Shown piece after piece: positions 10,537 to 20,901 of a stretch of 64,000 nt of DNA. The first letter of the stretch is position 1, and each line of letters begins with the position of its first letter. Origin of the DNA: Promethearchaeota archaeon (GTDB taxonomy: Archaea; Asgardarchaeota; Lokiarchaeia; Sigyniarchaeales; SOKP01); NCBI GenBank assembly GCA_019058445.1, contig JAHPZA010000003.1, forward strand, positions 580,919 through 644,918. Direction: 5' to 3'. A program made the position numbers and the translations under genes. Below the pieces are notes generated by a model. The model did not search any database, was not told where the DNA came from, and saw only the letters and a list, made by a program, of their open reading frames with translations.

Positions 10537-11034
10537 TTATTGGTAATCTATTTTAACGGCTTTGCGAGGGCAATATGTTTCACAAACTCGACATTCCCGT
10601 TCTCGGCCCTCTGCTTCTAATCGCCGACAGTGCTCTAGATTTAATAGCTCACATTTTCCTCCTTTCACTTGAAATAATTGATGTGATTCAGGGGGGTAGT
10701 CTGGAGCTTTTCCACTTAATGTAGGAGGACAATATCTTGCATTTACTGGACAAATTGTAACACAGATACCGCATCCATCACATAAATCCTCATCAACATC
10801 AATTCTAAGCTCTTTTTTCTTCCCCTCTTCAGCTCCAATTAATTCTTTTAAAGTATCATATTGCTTTTTATATTTTGGTTCTAATAAAGGAGTACAATCA
10901 TCAATTTTTACTTTGCCTTGTAGTAGGTCTAATGCAAAAGCCATACACGTAGGTTTACCACATTTTTTACAATTTGTCTTGGGTAAAAATTTATACAGTT
11001 CCATAAAGTTTGAAACGGGAATTATTATCACCAA
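10537..11034 (-). CDS. Fe-S protein: N-terminal RnfB/CdhE-type FeS domain plus FwdG-like 2x[4Fe-4S] ferredoxin; probable start ATT at 11022
   Basis: LPKTNCKKCGKPTCMAFA..C; CDGCGICVTICP; CRVCETYCP; first gene of the fwd-like operon. Confidence 0.8.
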   Translation of the reverse strand: MVIIIPVSNFMELYKFLPKTNCKKCGKPTCMAFALDLLQGKVKIDDCTPLLEPKYKKQYDTLKELIGAEEGKKKELRIDVDEDLCDGCGICVTICPVNARYCPPTLSGKAPDYPPESHQLFQVKGGKCELLNLEHCRRLEAEGRERECRVCETYCPRKAVKIDYQ

Positions 11035-11215
11035 TAACTATCAAATTTGTCTTATTTCCAAATAAACTAAGTTTAACATACAATTAATTTCTTTAGTTTA
11101 TGTAATATAAATCGACGTTTACTTTATAGATTTTTAATAAATGTAGGTAGTAAGTATCCTTAATGATGCGAAATGCAAGAAAAAAATTTAAAATTAAGAT
11201 TGTTCTATTTCCATT

Positions 11216-11923
11216 ATGACTGAAGCTTTGTATATGAATGATTCCTATTTAAGAGAGTGGGCCGCTAAAGTTATTAGTGTCAAAGACGATAAATATATCG
11301 TCTTAGATAGAACTGCTTTTTACCCAAAGGGAGGAGGACAACCCTGGGATGAAGGATTTATAACTAAAAATGGTCAGAAATTCAAGGTAATATATGTAGG
11401 TAAATTTTCAGGTCAGATCAGTCATGAAGTTGATAAACCGGGTTTAAATAAAGGTGATAATGTATCTTGCACACTAGACTGGGAGCGAAGATACACCTTT
11501 ATGAGATATCATACTGCGTGTCATTTGATTTCTAATGTGCTTTATACTAAAGCCAACGCAAAAATAACTGGCAATCAAATAGAATTGGATAAAACTAGAA
11601 TGGATTTTTCGATGAAGGATTATTCTCCCGAAAAATTAAAAGCCTATGTTGAGGAAGCAAATAGAATTATCAAAAGTGACCTCCCTATTTCGGTTGATTA
11701 TATGTCTCGAGATGAGGTCATAAAAAATCCGGAGTTTGCCCGTTTAGCAAAAGGTCTACCTGAAGTTAATGAATTTCGAATAATAAAAATTGGAGAATTA
11801 GATAAACAAGTTGATGGTGGAACACACATCAATCATTTAAAAGAAATTGGGAAGATCGAAGTCATTAAAACAGCCAATAAAGGTAAAAATAATAGAAGAA
11901 TGTACTTTGTTCTAAAAGAATGA
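11216..11923 (+). CDS. alaXM: Alanyl-tRNA editing protein, AlaX-M type
   Basis: TAFYPKGGGQP, MRYHTACH, DGGTH. Confidence 0.9.
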   Translation: MTEALYMNDSYLREWAAKVISVKDDKYIVLDRTAFYPKGGGQPWDEGFITKNGQKFKVIYVGKFSGQISHEVDKPGLNKGDNVSCTLDWERRYTFMRYHTACHLISNVLYTKANAKITGNQIELDKTRMDFSMKDYSPEKLKAYVEEANRIIKSDLPISVDYMSRDEVIKNPEFARLAKGLPEVNEFRIIKIGELDKQVDGGTHINHLKEIGKIEVIKTANKGKNNRRMYFVLKE

Positions 11924-12044
11924 AGATAAGTATATGGTGTTTTAAAACTAAGAAATATCTTTTTTAACTTCTTAATCAATTAGTATTTATTAAATTATTA
12001 TCATAATAAATCAAGAATTTTAATATTAAAACGAGAGTTTAAAG

Positions 12045-13445
12045 ATGAGTGAACGTGAGGAAATAACTGAAAAAAAACATGGATTCTTGGAGATCAATTC
12101 TTATAGCATATCTCAAGGACTCATAAATTTTAATATTGGCGCGTTTGGAGCGTATGTATTTTTTTTTTATGAGACAGAAGTTTTGCTAAATGTGGTAATA
12201 CTTGCATTAGCCATGAGTATATATGCTGCTTGGGATGCCATCAATGACCCCTGCATGGGGAATTTAACTGATCGATCCTTTTCTTTTACCGAAAAATGGG
12301 GACGCCGTTTTCCATGGGTTGCCCTTGGAGTATTTCCATGGGCAATTCTATATATTTTCATTTTTACGGTTCCTGACGTTGATCCTAATACAGGGGGATG
12401 GCTAATTTTTACCTATGTTTTAATTATTCTCGTTGCATATGATACTTTTTATACGATATGGAATATTAATTCTGAAGCGTTAATGCCCTTTAAATTTCGG
12501 GATTTTGACGAACGAAGAAAAGTATCAGGTATAAAAGCGATCTGGGGCATCATTGGCTTGGTTCTGGGGATTGCTGTTCCTCCGCTCTTTGTGGAGTATG
12601 GCGACAAGTCAAGTTATGTGATGCAAGGCATTATTCTAGCTATAATTGCTGTAATTCTTGGAGCCTTAATGTTACCTGGACACCGAGAAGATAAAACATT
12701 AATAGGACAATATTTAGAATCCGTACAGGAGCATAAAAAGGATGTTAGTTTTTTCAGGGCTTTAATTGAATCATTAAAGAAAAAAAATTTTCTTATAATG
12801 ATTACACTTCATTTTCTATATAGTATTTTGACAGGACTATTGATCGCATCGGGAAATTATTTTATAAGATATAATCTTAAGGAGGATCCTTCAGCATTTC
12901 TCCTTGTAATGCTATCATACTTAATAGCGAGTTTAGCAACAATTCCAATATGGATAAGAGTAGCCCAAAAAATGAATAATAACAAAAAAATGATAACAAT
13001 TGGTTCAGTGTTTATGGGATTGATGGTATTATTAATCATGTTTGTCAATTCGCTTATCTCATTCATAATTGTTATTGGTTTAGTAGGAATTGGTGGTGGT
13101 ATATTCTTCGTTATGCAAGATGTTATAAATGCAGATGTAATCGATGAAGCTGTTGTTTTAGATGGTGTACGGAGGGAAGGTACATATTTTGGGATTAAAT
13201 TCTTTATTGGCCGCTTTTCAAATGTCTGTGTATTTATTACACTAGCAGTCGTTCACATTGCTACAGGTTTTAATCCCGTTGTAGAAAATCAAACCCCACT
13301 CGCTTTATGGGGAATAAAAATACATATGTCATTAATTCCGGGAATAGCTCTTTTAATAGGGGCCTTAATTTTTTGGAAATGGTATGATCTTAGCACAGAT
13401 CGATTGGATGAAATTCAAGCTAAGATAAAAGAACTAAAATTCTAA
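12045..13445 (+). CDS. MFS transporter, GPH/MelB-like family
   Basis: WDAINDP..G.LTDR...WGRRFPW, ADVID....G.RREG.YFG; about 12 TM. Confidence 0.88.
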   Translation: MSEREEITEKKHGFLEINSYSISQGLINFNIGAFGAYVFFFYETEVLLNVVILALAMSIYAAWDAINDPCMGNLTDRSFSFTEKWGRRFPWVALGVFPWAILYIFIFTVPDVDPNTGGWLIFTYVLIILVAYDTFYTIWNINSEALMPFKFRDFDERRKVSGIKAIWGIIGLVLGIAVPPLFVEYGDKSSYVMQGIILAIIAVILGALMLPGHREDKTLIGQYLESVQEHKKDVSFFRALIESLKKKNFLIMITLHFLYSILTGLLIASGNYFIRYNLKEDPSAFLLVMLSYLIASLATIPIWIRVAQKMNNNKKMITIGSVFMGLMVLLIMFVNSLISFIIVIGLVGIGGGIFFVMQDVINADVIDEAVVLDGVRREGTYFGIKFFIGRFSNVCVFITLAVVHIATGFNPVVENQTPLALWGIKIHMSLIPGIALLIGALIFWKWYDLSTDRLDEIQAKIKELKF

Positions 13446-13657
13446 TTATTCTTTTTTTCACTTTATTTTCATTCAATATATGGAATTGTTCTTCTATAAA
13501 AAATAAGCTCAAATGAAAAGAAAAATATAACCAAAACTGATAAAAAATTCATAAACAATAAACAATAGAGTTATTTTGAAAAAAGCTCTTTATTATATAC
13601 AGAATAAATTAAAAACAATGATATAAAAAAACTATTAATGAGAGTGGAGTTAAAATT

Positions 13658-14509
13658 ATGGAAAATGAAGAGGTTACGGAAAATGCAGTAAAAGAGGCAA
13701 TGATGGATCAGAAAATGTTAGCCATTAAGAAAAATATGGCAAAAATCAAGTATAAAATTGTTGTTATCTCAGGAAAAGGAGGAGTTGGAAAGACCACCGT
13801 AGCTGTCAATCTTGCAATTAGTCTTGCCAGTTTAGGTTTACGTGTTGGAGTATTAGATGTAGATATCACAGGCCCAAATGTTGCTAAAATGTTTGGAATA
13901 AGTCCAGAATTAAAACCGAGAGTCGACCCGGAAGCAAAGAAGTTTTATCCAATTAATGGTCCTTTGAATGTAAAAGTAATGAGCATGGCCTTTCTTACCA
14001 TAAATCCAGATGAACCCGTTATTTGGAGGGGCCCTATGAAAATGGGCGCTGTTCGTCAATTTTTAGGCGATGCAATTTGGGATGAACTTGATTATCTTGT
14101 GTGTGATTTACCTCCGGGAACTTCAGATGAAACATTGGACATCCTTCAACTTATTCCTGATGAAATTATAGTTGTTGTCTCGACTCCCCAAGAAGTTGCC
14201 ATAATGGATGCACGAAAAACAATAAAAATGGCAATGGTAATGGAAAGAAAAGTGCTTGGCTTAATTGAAAATATGAGTGGATTTAAGTGCCCTCATTGTG
14301 ATGGATACATTGATCTTTATCCTCCAGGAGGCGGTGAAAAAGCTGCTAAAGATTTTAACATTAAATTACTCGGAAAGATTCCTTTCGAAGCCGAAGTTGG
14401 ACAGCAAGGAGATCAAGGCTTACCCTTTGTACTTAAATATCCTGAATCAGAGAGTGCGAAAGCATTTAAAGAAATTGTAAACAAAATTAGAGGAATTTTG
14501 GAAACCTAA
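13658..14509 (+). CDS. Mrp/NBP35/ApbC Fe-S cluster carrier ATPase
   Basis: SGKGGVGKTT, WRGP, DLPPGTSD, ENMS..CPHC. Confidence 0.93.
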   Translation: MENEEVTENAVKEAMMDQKMLAIKKNMAKIKYKIVVISGKGGVGKTTVAVNLAISLASLGLRVGVLDVDITGPNVAKMFGISPELKPRVDPEAKKFYPINGPLNVKVMSMAFLTINPDEPVIWRGPMKMGAVRQFLGDAIWDELDYLVCDLPPGTSDETLDILQLIPDEIIVVVSTPQEVAIMDARKTIKMAMVMERKVLGLIENMSGFKCPHCDGYIDLYPPGGGEKAAKDFNIKLLGKIPFEAEVGQQGDQGLPFVLKYPESESAKAFKEIVNKIRGILET

Positions 14510-14801
14510 CGAATTTTAATTTTCTTTTTTTCAATTAGTAAAGAATAATTCTATATTCACTTAGCATTCACAATTAATTAAAGTATAATCTTGTAAATGG
14601 AATCACGATTTTAATAATACTAAGGCGTTTTAAAGAAATATTATCAATCAAATAGCTAAGGGTTTTTCATATGAGCGGTCAAGAAAAATCTATAGATTAT
14701 AGTATCATGAAAGCTATTGTAATGCCTCAAGAAAGTTATAAAAGTTTGAAATTTGTATATACTTATTTTAAAGAAGGTTAATCCTAAAAAGAAAAAGATT
14801 A

Positions 14802-15284
14802 TTATTTAGTTCCATTTCGCAGTTTCCGAATTGCTTCTGTGAAAAATCCAAAATCCTGTATTGGAGCTTCTTTTTCTTTATCTTTTAGAATGTTAAAATA
14901 ATCTTCAATCTGTATATATAATAATTTTCTAAACTCATCAAAAATCGAGACATCTAGGCATTCTAGATTACCAAGTTCTTTTACATATGAACTATAAAAC
15001 ATATCTAATGCTTTTTCAACCTCATCTCGTAAGTGGTCGAGTTTTACTCCATGAGTTAAAATTGCGATTAAAATCAAATTATATTTATAGACTATTACCA
15101 TGTCCACATCTAATCCTTTGATATTAATCTCTTCAATTTTCCCCAAATTATCCTTACCAAATAAAGATAATGCCCCTACAAATGAAGATAATAATACGGG
15201 ATTAATCTCTGTATCTAAGATAAGATCGAGTAAATACTCTCCGCTCTCTTTACAAATTATAATACCCTTTATAAATTCCCTAAT
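14802..15284 (-). CDS. Longin-like domain protein; ORF extended upstream of the track start (15146) to an ATT at 15284
   Basis: Frame open to TAA at 15318-15320; the extension reads IREFIKGIIICKESGEYLLDL...NPVLLSSFVGALSLFGKDNLG, like a longin N-terminus; GAGGT 7 nt upstream. Confidence 0.65.
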   Translation of the reverse strand: MREFIKGIIICKESGEYLLDLILDTEINPVLLSSFVGALSLFGKDNLGKIEEINIKGLDVDMVIVYKYNLILIAILTHGVKLDHLRDEVEKALDMFYSSYVKELGNLECLDVSIFDEFRKLLYIQIEDYFNILKDKEKEAPIQDFGFFTEAIRKLRNGTK

Positions 15285-15497
15285 TTTTAAAACCTCTACC
15301 TTATTATCATTCTTAGCTTACTTTCTGATAATAAATATATAAAAGTACCTTATTTTATAATCTTATATAATATTCTACTATTATGTTTCGAAAGTGACAA
15401 CAAAGTTAATTATCTACGATAATTCTTTTATGAACTCACTTACAGAAACAATATCCTCCTCTTAGATTATGTTTGTATTAAAAAAATTGAGAATTTT

Positions 15498-16394
15498 TCA
15501 AAAATCAGCGGTTTTCTTCTTAAAAATTAAATCTCCAATTTTTACTTTAAATATTCTCTCCATTAGCACACACTTGGCTTTCAATAAATAATAAACCTCT
15601 TTATTAGGTATTTCCATTCCATAGAGCGTTTCAAAATTACCTTGTCCCTTTGATAAGATAATCCCATTTTTTTCATAAAAATATGTTTTAAACTCATCAG
15701 TAGCACTCGGGATATCTACTCCTGGTACAGGATTGCTTTCAATAACTTTCACTATCTTTGTCAATCCAATGGATTCAGCATCCTTCAGTGTTGCATCATT
15801 TATAATCGGTTTTGAACGTACAGCAACGATAATCTCTATGTCAGAGTAAAGATTTTTAATTGTTTCCACTAAAAGTTTATCAAATACAATTTCTCCACAA
15901 TTATCAGCCAAAATTAACAACTGTCCTTTATTTTCATTAATTCTTTCTATTGAAGCTTTAAATTCATTATAGTCGTTAATTTTAAATTTATTTGAGGAGA
16001 AGTTTTTAATGTCATTAATAAGATCTATTTCATGTTGCGAAGCAAAATCGACTGTATTTCCTAGAGCTGCTGCTGCTATAGCCTCGAAGAGAGGGTCTTC
16101 GGTGTGATTGACAATGAATTTGACATCATCGTAATATTCTAAAGCAAGCTTATTATATTTATCTTTAAGATGTTCATAGGGATCTTCTATACCCAACATC
16201 TCCGCAACAAGATTGTAAGAGAAAGTGCCAACTATTGGAGCAGAAATTTCGTTTATATCACTTTCAATTAGGTATTCCATAACCCTTTTCTGGGCTGAAA
16301 TAACCGTTTCACGTGAAATATCTGGTTTAATTATCGTAAATGCTCTTAATATTTGGTTAAAAAGGCATCCAATGCATTCTGGCTCTAATTTCAT
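15498..16394 (-). CDS. DUF89/ARMT1-like damage-control phosphatase
   Basis: EC..C, DPY..LK, GN..DF, DNCGEIVFD, PIINDAT, SKGQGNFE, LKAKC. Confidence 0.9.
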   Translation of the reverse strand: MKLEPECIGCLFNQILRAFTIIKPDISRETVISAQKRVMEYLIESDINEISAPIVGTFSYNLVAEMLGIEDPYEHLKDKYNKLALEYYDDVKFIVNHTEDPLFEAIAAAALGNTVDFASQHEIDLINDIKNFSSNKFKINDYNEFKASIERINENKGQLLILADNCGEIVFDKLLVETIKNLYSDIEIIVAVRSKPIINDATLKDAESIGLTKIVKVIESNPVPGVDIPSATDEFKTYFYEKNGIILSKGQGNFETLYGMEIPNKEVYYLLKAKCVLMERIFKVKIGDLIFKKKTADF

Positions 16395-16515
16395 CTTTAA
16401 ATAAAAGATATTTATTTTTTAAGAAAAAGAGTAAATTCTCTAAGATAGAAAAATGAGGAATAATTTTAAATTCTTTTAAATAAAGATAAGAAATAACTAA
16501 CTAATTTAAAAAAAC

Positions 16516-17829
16516 TTGATTCAAATGACAGAGTATGAAATACAAGAAAAATTAGATATTAAACTTACTTTCCTCATAGGATTCGCTTTTTTCTGCACCT
16601 CGATATCTTGGTCGTTATATAATCAGCAAGTGCCAATTAGTCTTTTAGCATATATAAGCAGTATTGCAATTGTTGGTTTAATAATGGGGCTTGATAATCT
16701 TGTTGGCGTAATTGTTCAACCAATAATGGGAAATGTCTCAGATAACACGAGAACAAAATGGGGAAGAAGGATGCCTTATATCATGATTGGCATTCCTGTT
16801 TCAGCTATATTTTTTGCTTTAATTGCTTTTGAAACATCTTTATTTAGTCTATTATTTTTTATGTTTTGTTTCATCATTGCAATGTCTTTTTACAGATCTC
16901 AAACGGTCGCTTTAATGCCGGACTTTATACAGCCGCAACATAGAAGTAAGGCCAATTCAATCATAAATATGATGAGTGCCATTTCATTAGTTGCTGCTTC
17001 GCTCATCAGTCTTTTTTTGGTCGATCTTAGCTTGCAACTTGCTTATATAACAGTTTCTATAATTATGATTATCGGTTTGATTGTATTAATATTAACGGTC
17101 AAAGAAAAAAATGCGTACAGCTATCAATTACTCTTAATGGCAGAGGCAAGTGGGGCTGAAAAAATTGTAGAAATGAAAGAAAAAGTTGGTTTAAAAGCAA
17201 GTTTTAAAGACGTACTTGAAGAAGATGATAAAAGTACCATTACCATGTTGTTTGCAATATTTTTCATCTCCGTTGGATGGGCTGCTCTAAACGCTTTACT
17301 CACTCCTTATGGAGTAATAATCTTAGGTTTAACAAGAGGACAAGCAGGAGGATTAATGCTTTATGGAGCAATAGCTTTTCTGGTTTCTGCTTTTCCTTTA
17401 GCTGTTTTAGCTGAAAAATATGGAAGAAGATTGTTTATTAAAATCGGACTCATGATATTTAGTGTTTCTTTAATACTAGGTTTTTTCATTCGAGATATAT
17501 TATTGGTTTCAATCCTAATTTTATTTATAGGGATTGCATACGCTTGTATCATCGTTAATACGATAGTAATCATATGGGGATTAGCTCCCTCTGAAAAGAA
17601 AATCGGCACCTATACTGGAATGTACTATTTATTCACCTTCTCAGCTGAAATATTTGGACCGGGATTAGTAGGTTTAATAACAGACTTAACTGGCTGGGAA
17701 TATTTCTTTCTAAATGGAGCTATTTTTCTCATTATTGCTTTAATTTTAATGTTTTTTGTCAAAAGAGAAGAAGCTGAGCTCACAGAAGCAGAAAAATTAG
17801 CGAAGAAAAAAGCAATTCAAGAAATCTAA
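16516..17829 (+). CDS. MFS transporter (SLC45/MalA-like)
   Basis: G..SDNTRTKWGRRMPY, ALMPD, RSKAN; about 12 TM. Confidence 0.87.
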   Translation: MIQMTEYEIQEKLDIKLTFLIGFAFFCTSISWSLYNQQVPISLLAYISSIAIVGLIMGLDNLVGVIVQPIMGNVSDNTRTKWGRRMPYIMIGIPVSAIFFALIAFETSLFSLLFFMFCFIIAMSFYRSQTVALMPDFIQPQHRSKANSIINMMSAISLVAASLISLFLVDLSLQLAYITVSIIMIIGLIVLILTVKEKNAYSYQLLLMAEASGAEKIVEMKEKVGLKASFKDVLEEDDKSTITMLFAIFFISVGWAALNALLTPYGVIILGLTRGQAGGLMLYGAIAFLVSAFPLAVLAEKYGRRLFIKIGLMIFSVSLILGFFIRDILLVSILILFIGIAYACIIVNTIVIIWGLAPSEKKIGTYTGMYYLFTFSAEIFGPGLVGLITDLTGWEYFFLNGAIFLIIALILMFFVKREEAELTEAEKLAKKKAIQEI

Positions 17830-17938
17830 TATTTAATCATTTATTTTTTTTTCTATTTTAATATAATGGGATATTAATAGAAAGGAAACCATTTATAAAA
17901 AAAAAGAGAAATTGATTTTGCATATATTAAATTTTAAT

Positions 17939-18376
17939 TTACTGATACATATCTGATGAACGTTTATCTTTCTTTTCCAGGTCCTCTTTCTTTTTCATAA
18001 ATTCTTTTAGCAATTTTGAGCCTGTTTCATCCCGTTTAAGTACAATTTGGGTTAACACATTTTGCTTTCTTTGAAGCTCAAGTAAAGTGTTAGCGATATG
18101 GTTCATAAGTTGAAATTGGGTCTCGCACATATTTACCAAATCTTCATTAGTGCACTCATCACAGTGTTCAGCACAATTCCTCCAATCTTGAAAAAAAAGA
18201 TCAATATTAATATCATCAACAGTTAAGAGGGTTTTTTCACATTCTTCGCAATTCTTTTCCGCTCGAATTTTCAAATCTCCAATGATTTTTTTTAAAGTCT
18301 GAATCAAATTCCACTTATCTTGATCTGAGAGTTCTTTAAACTCTTTTTCGGTTAAAAAATCGATCTCTTCTGCCAT
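17939..18376 (-). CDS. Hypothetical coiled-coil protein with Cys clusters
   Basis: 145 aa; CEEC, CAEHCDEC and a further C; helical charged composition. Confidence 0.7.
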   Translation of the reverse strand: MAEEIDFLTEKEFKELSDQDKWNLIQTLKKIIGDLKIRAEKNCEECEKTLLTVDDINIDLFFQDWRNCAEHCDECTNEDLVNMCETQFQLMNHIANTLLELQRKQNVLTQIVLKRDETGSKLLKEFMKKKEDLEKKDKRSSDMYQ

Positions 18377-18424
18377 AACTCATCAATTTAAATTAATTAA
18401 AGATTAAAAAAAAAGATAATTGAT

Positions 18425-18577
18425 TTATAATCCAATCTCGATCTTAATAGATTTCTTATCTTCTGGGACACCCTTAGCTGATTTTATATATCCAAGAATT
18501 AAGTTAATTAACATTTCTCTCATAAGATCATTTAAAGGAATTTCCTTATCATCAATTATTAATTTGACTTCCGTCAT
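18425..18577 (-). CDS. Small 50-aa protein resembling the C-terminal domain of MobB (not in ORF track)
   Basis: Hand translation MTEVKLIIDDKEIPLNDLMREMLINLILGYIKSAKGVPEDKKSIKIEIGL*. Confidence 0.7.
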   Translation of the reverse strand: MTEVKLIIDDKEIPLNDLMREMLINLILGYIKSAKGVPEDKKSIKIEIGL

Positions 18578-18702
18578 AAGTAAATCTTAGATAATTTAAG
18601 TTTTAAACCTTCAGTTAATAATTTGAAAATATTGAAGAATTTCTTAAAAAATTGTTGTAATTCTTAAATCTATTATAACTTTTATAATGTATATAAGTAA
18701 AA

Positions 18703-20124
18703 TTAGCCGCTATTTCGGGAATTTAGAATTTGTGCCCTTTCAGAAAGAATTTTACTAATATTTTGGTGATCTTCTTCAAAATATTTTAATGCAAGAACCC
18801 ATAACAAAATTCCCGGTATTGCAATTACTCCAATTAATATAGCCACTAATTGATAATCATAGCCAGTAATAGAAATCAATATTCCTGCGATTAAAGGTCC
18901 GGAACCAAAAGCTATTGTTTCTAACAAACGATTCCAAGATGTTATTTGTCCTTGTGCCTCAGGTAAATTAATATCTTGTAAAACTGGTGGTTGATTTATC
19001 TCATATAATGAAGAAATCGCCCTAGAACTGAGATAAATACAACCAAATAACCATATAACTGGAAAAGAGAACAGTAAAGCAATATCTTTTCCCTGTTCTA
19101 CCGTTAAATAGGGTAATGGGAGAAAAAACATAATAACGAAGGCAAACGCACCGTATGATAGGGCTACAATAATAAAATACAACCGGCGTGTATGGTTTTC
19201 TTGCGATACTTTATCAGAAAATCTCGCTAAGATTACTTGACCGATGACTCCCCCGCTTAGCCCAAAGATTGCTAAAAAAACACCTGTAGCGAAGGGTGAA
19301 AAATTATGAGGTTCTGTTTGCATATAGGGGAGAATTATAATTATTAAACTTCCTAAGAAAACGCTAGTAAAAATACCCTCGATCAAAGCAACCAAATTTG
19401 TCTTACTCAACATTGTTTTTTTCATCATTTCCCTATCAATTTGAAAATCGTATTTCACGGAATCTTTCTTAAGCACATCCAATAACTCTTTATGTTGGGC
19501 ACCCCTTTTAGGTTCTTTTATTTTGAAAACCATTATCACTCCTGAAATTAAAATTGCTAAACCCATTCCACTAAAGACAAGTCTCCAAAATCCAATTTGG
19601 ACTAGATAGCCTGCAATCACAAAACCAACTAATTGAAAAGAATGTCTCGAAACTGAATAGATTCCAAAGAATCTTGAACGATGTGTTTTCGGTATAATAT
19701 CATTAGAAAGTGAAATTACACTAGTATAATTTCCTCCTGCGAAGAATGCAAATATCATTATAAAGAAAAAGAAATACCACCAAGTTTCCATTCCCCTACC
19801 TTCATTAGCAAAGCTCAGCATAATAAAGCTAAAACCTCTAGCAAGAGCTACTATGAAAAGAATGTATGTGCGTTTAAAATTATGATTATCTATAAACTTG
19901 CCAAAAAACACCCCAGATACCGAGGTTACCCACAACATTGATGTGATGAGAAGTCCCATTTCAAAGGCATGAAACGGTTCTCCGGGCCAAAATAAAAAGG
20001 ATAAGGGAACAATTAGAATGAATATCCCGCTAAATGACATAGAAAAAAATCCAGTTAAAACATAGAAAGGCCATATCGTTTTAACAAGATTAAAATCAGA
20101 ATCTTCGTGATTTTTATTAGTCAT
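18703..20124 (-). CDS. MFS transporter
   Basis: About 12 TM, FGKFID motif A, RSRFFG, GFWR..F, KEPKRG. Confidence 0.85.
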   Translation of the reverse strand: MTNKNHEDSDFNLVKTIWPFYVLTGFFSMSFSGIFILIVPLSFLFWPGEPFHAFEMGLLITSMLWVTSVSGVFFGKFIDNHNFKRTYILFIVALARGFSFIMLSFANEGRGMETWWYFFFFIMIFAFFAGGNYTSVISLSNDIIPKTHRSRFFGIYSVSRHSFQLVGFVIAGYLVQIGFWRLVFSGMGLAILISGVIMVFKIKEPKRGAQHKELLDVLKKDSVKYDFQIDREMMKKTMLSKTNLVALIEGIFTSVFLGSLIIIILPYMQTEPHNFSPFATGVFLAIFGLSGGVIGQVILARFSDKVSQENHTRRLYFIIVALSYGAFAFVIMFFLPLPYLTVEQGKDIALLFSFPVIWLFGCIYLSSRAISSLYEINQPPVLQDINLPEAQGQITSWNRLLETIAFGSGPLIAGILISITGYDYQLVAILIGVIAIPGILLWVLALKYFEEDHQNISKILSERAQILNSRNSG

Positions 20125-20233
20125 AAGATTATTGGGGCTAAAGCCAAGTTTTTATGGTTATTAGAATGAGATTTTTTTTATTAATTTATTGAAATAAAAA
20201 AAAAGGGAATTTATACTTTAATTTTATCGCATC

Positions 20234-20629
20234 CTACATTGTTTCTCGATAATAGACATAGATGTTAAGCACTGTTAATACGATAAGAATTGCATTAGCA
20301 ATCCAAGTCCCTACTTGAGCTGTTGCTGTACCTGGAATCGCGAATGCGCCCCATATACCTATGATTACCATTAGGATTAACCATATGATTGCAATTTCCC
20401 AAAATATTTTTGCCTTTTCTAAATCATCTCGCTTAATAGCCAGTACGTTACCAATTCCGAGAACTAAAATACTTGCCCCAACTTGCCGTAGATTGATCGG
20501 ATTAAATATTTCTGCTTCGGTTATTTGAGCATATGTATCTGGGATTACTAAAAAAAGAAACGCATAAATAAAAGCGGGAATTGCATTGATAATAAATACA
20601 ATTTTTACTTCCTTTGAGAGTTCTGCCAT
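20234..20629 (-). CDS. 4-TM membrane protein, paralog of 23681..24076
   Basis: Start set at MAELSKEVKIV to match the paralog's MAEISKEVKIV; four hydrophobic segments. Confidence 0.8.
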   Translation of the reverse strand: MAELSKEVKIVFIINAIPAFIYAFLFLVIPDTYAQITEAEIFNPINLRQVGASILVLGIGNVLAIKRDDLEKAKIFWEIAIIWLILMVIIGIWGAFAIPGTATAQVGTWIANAILIVLTVLNIYVYYRETM

Positions 20630-20901
20630 ATAATTTACCATTTCTTTATTTTTTACAATTTTTTATTGGAATTTCCTTTTCGAAAAGATAGCTAATTAAT
20701 TTAGGAAAGAATTTTATATAAATTTTACAGATCTGTCAATTTATCAAAAAATACTTATTCAAGTTTATGGGCACACTAAAATGTTGGTTGTGAGAGAAAA
20801 ATAATAAGGATGGAGGAGTAGTTCCTATTTTTATATTTATGTTTTTAGTCAATTTAAAAAAAGTTAACAATCTCATTATCTTTATGCTACAATTTAAAAA
20901 A

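Noticed and set aside
14671-14781. 36-codon ORF MSGQEKSIDYSIMKAIVMPQESYKSLKFVYTYFKEG in an intergenic gap
   Set aside because: No clear SD and no recognisable motif; could arise by chance.
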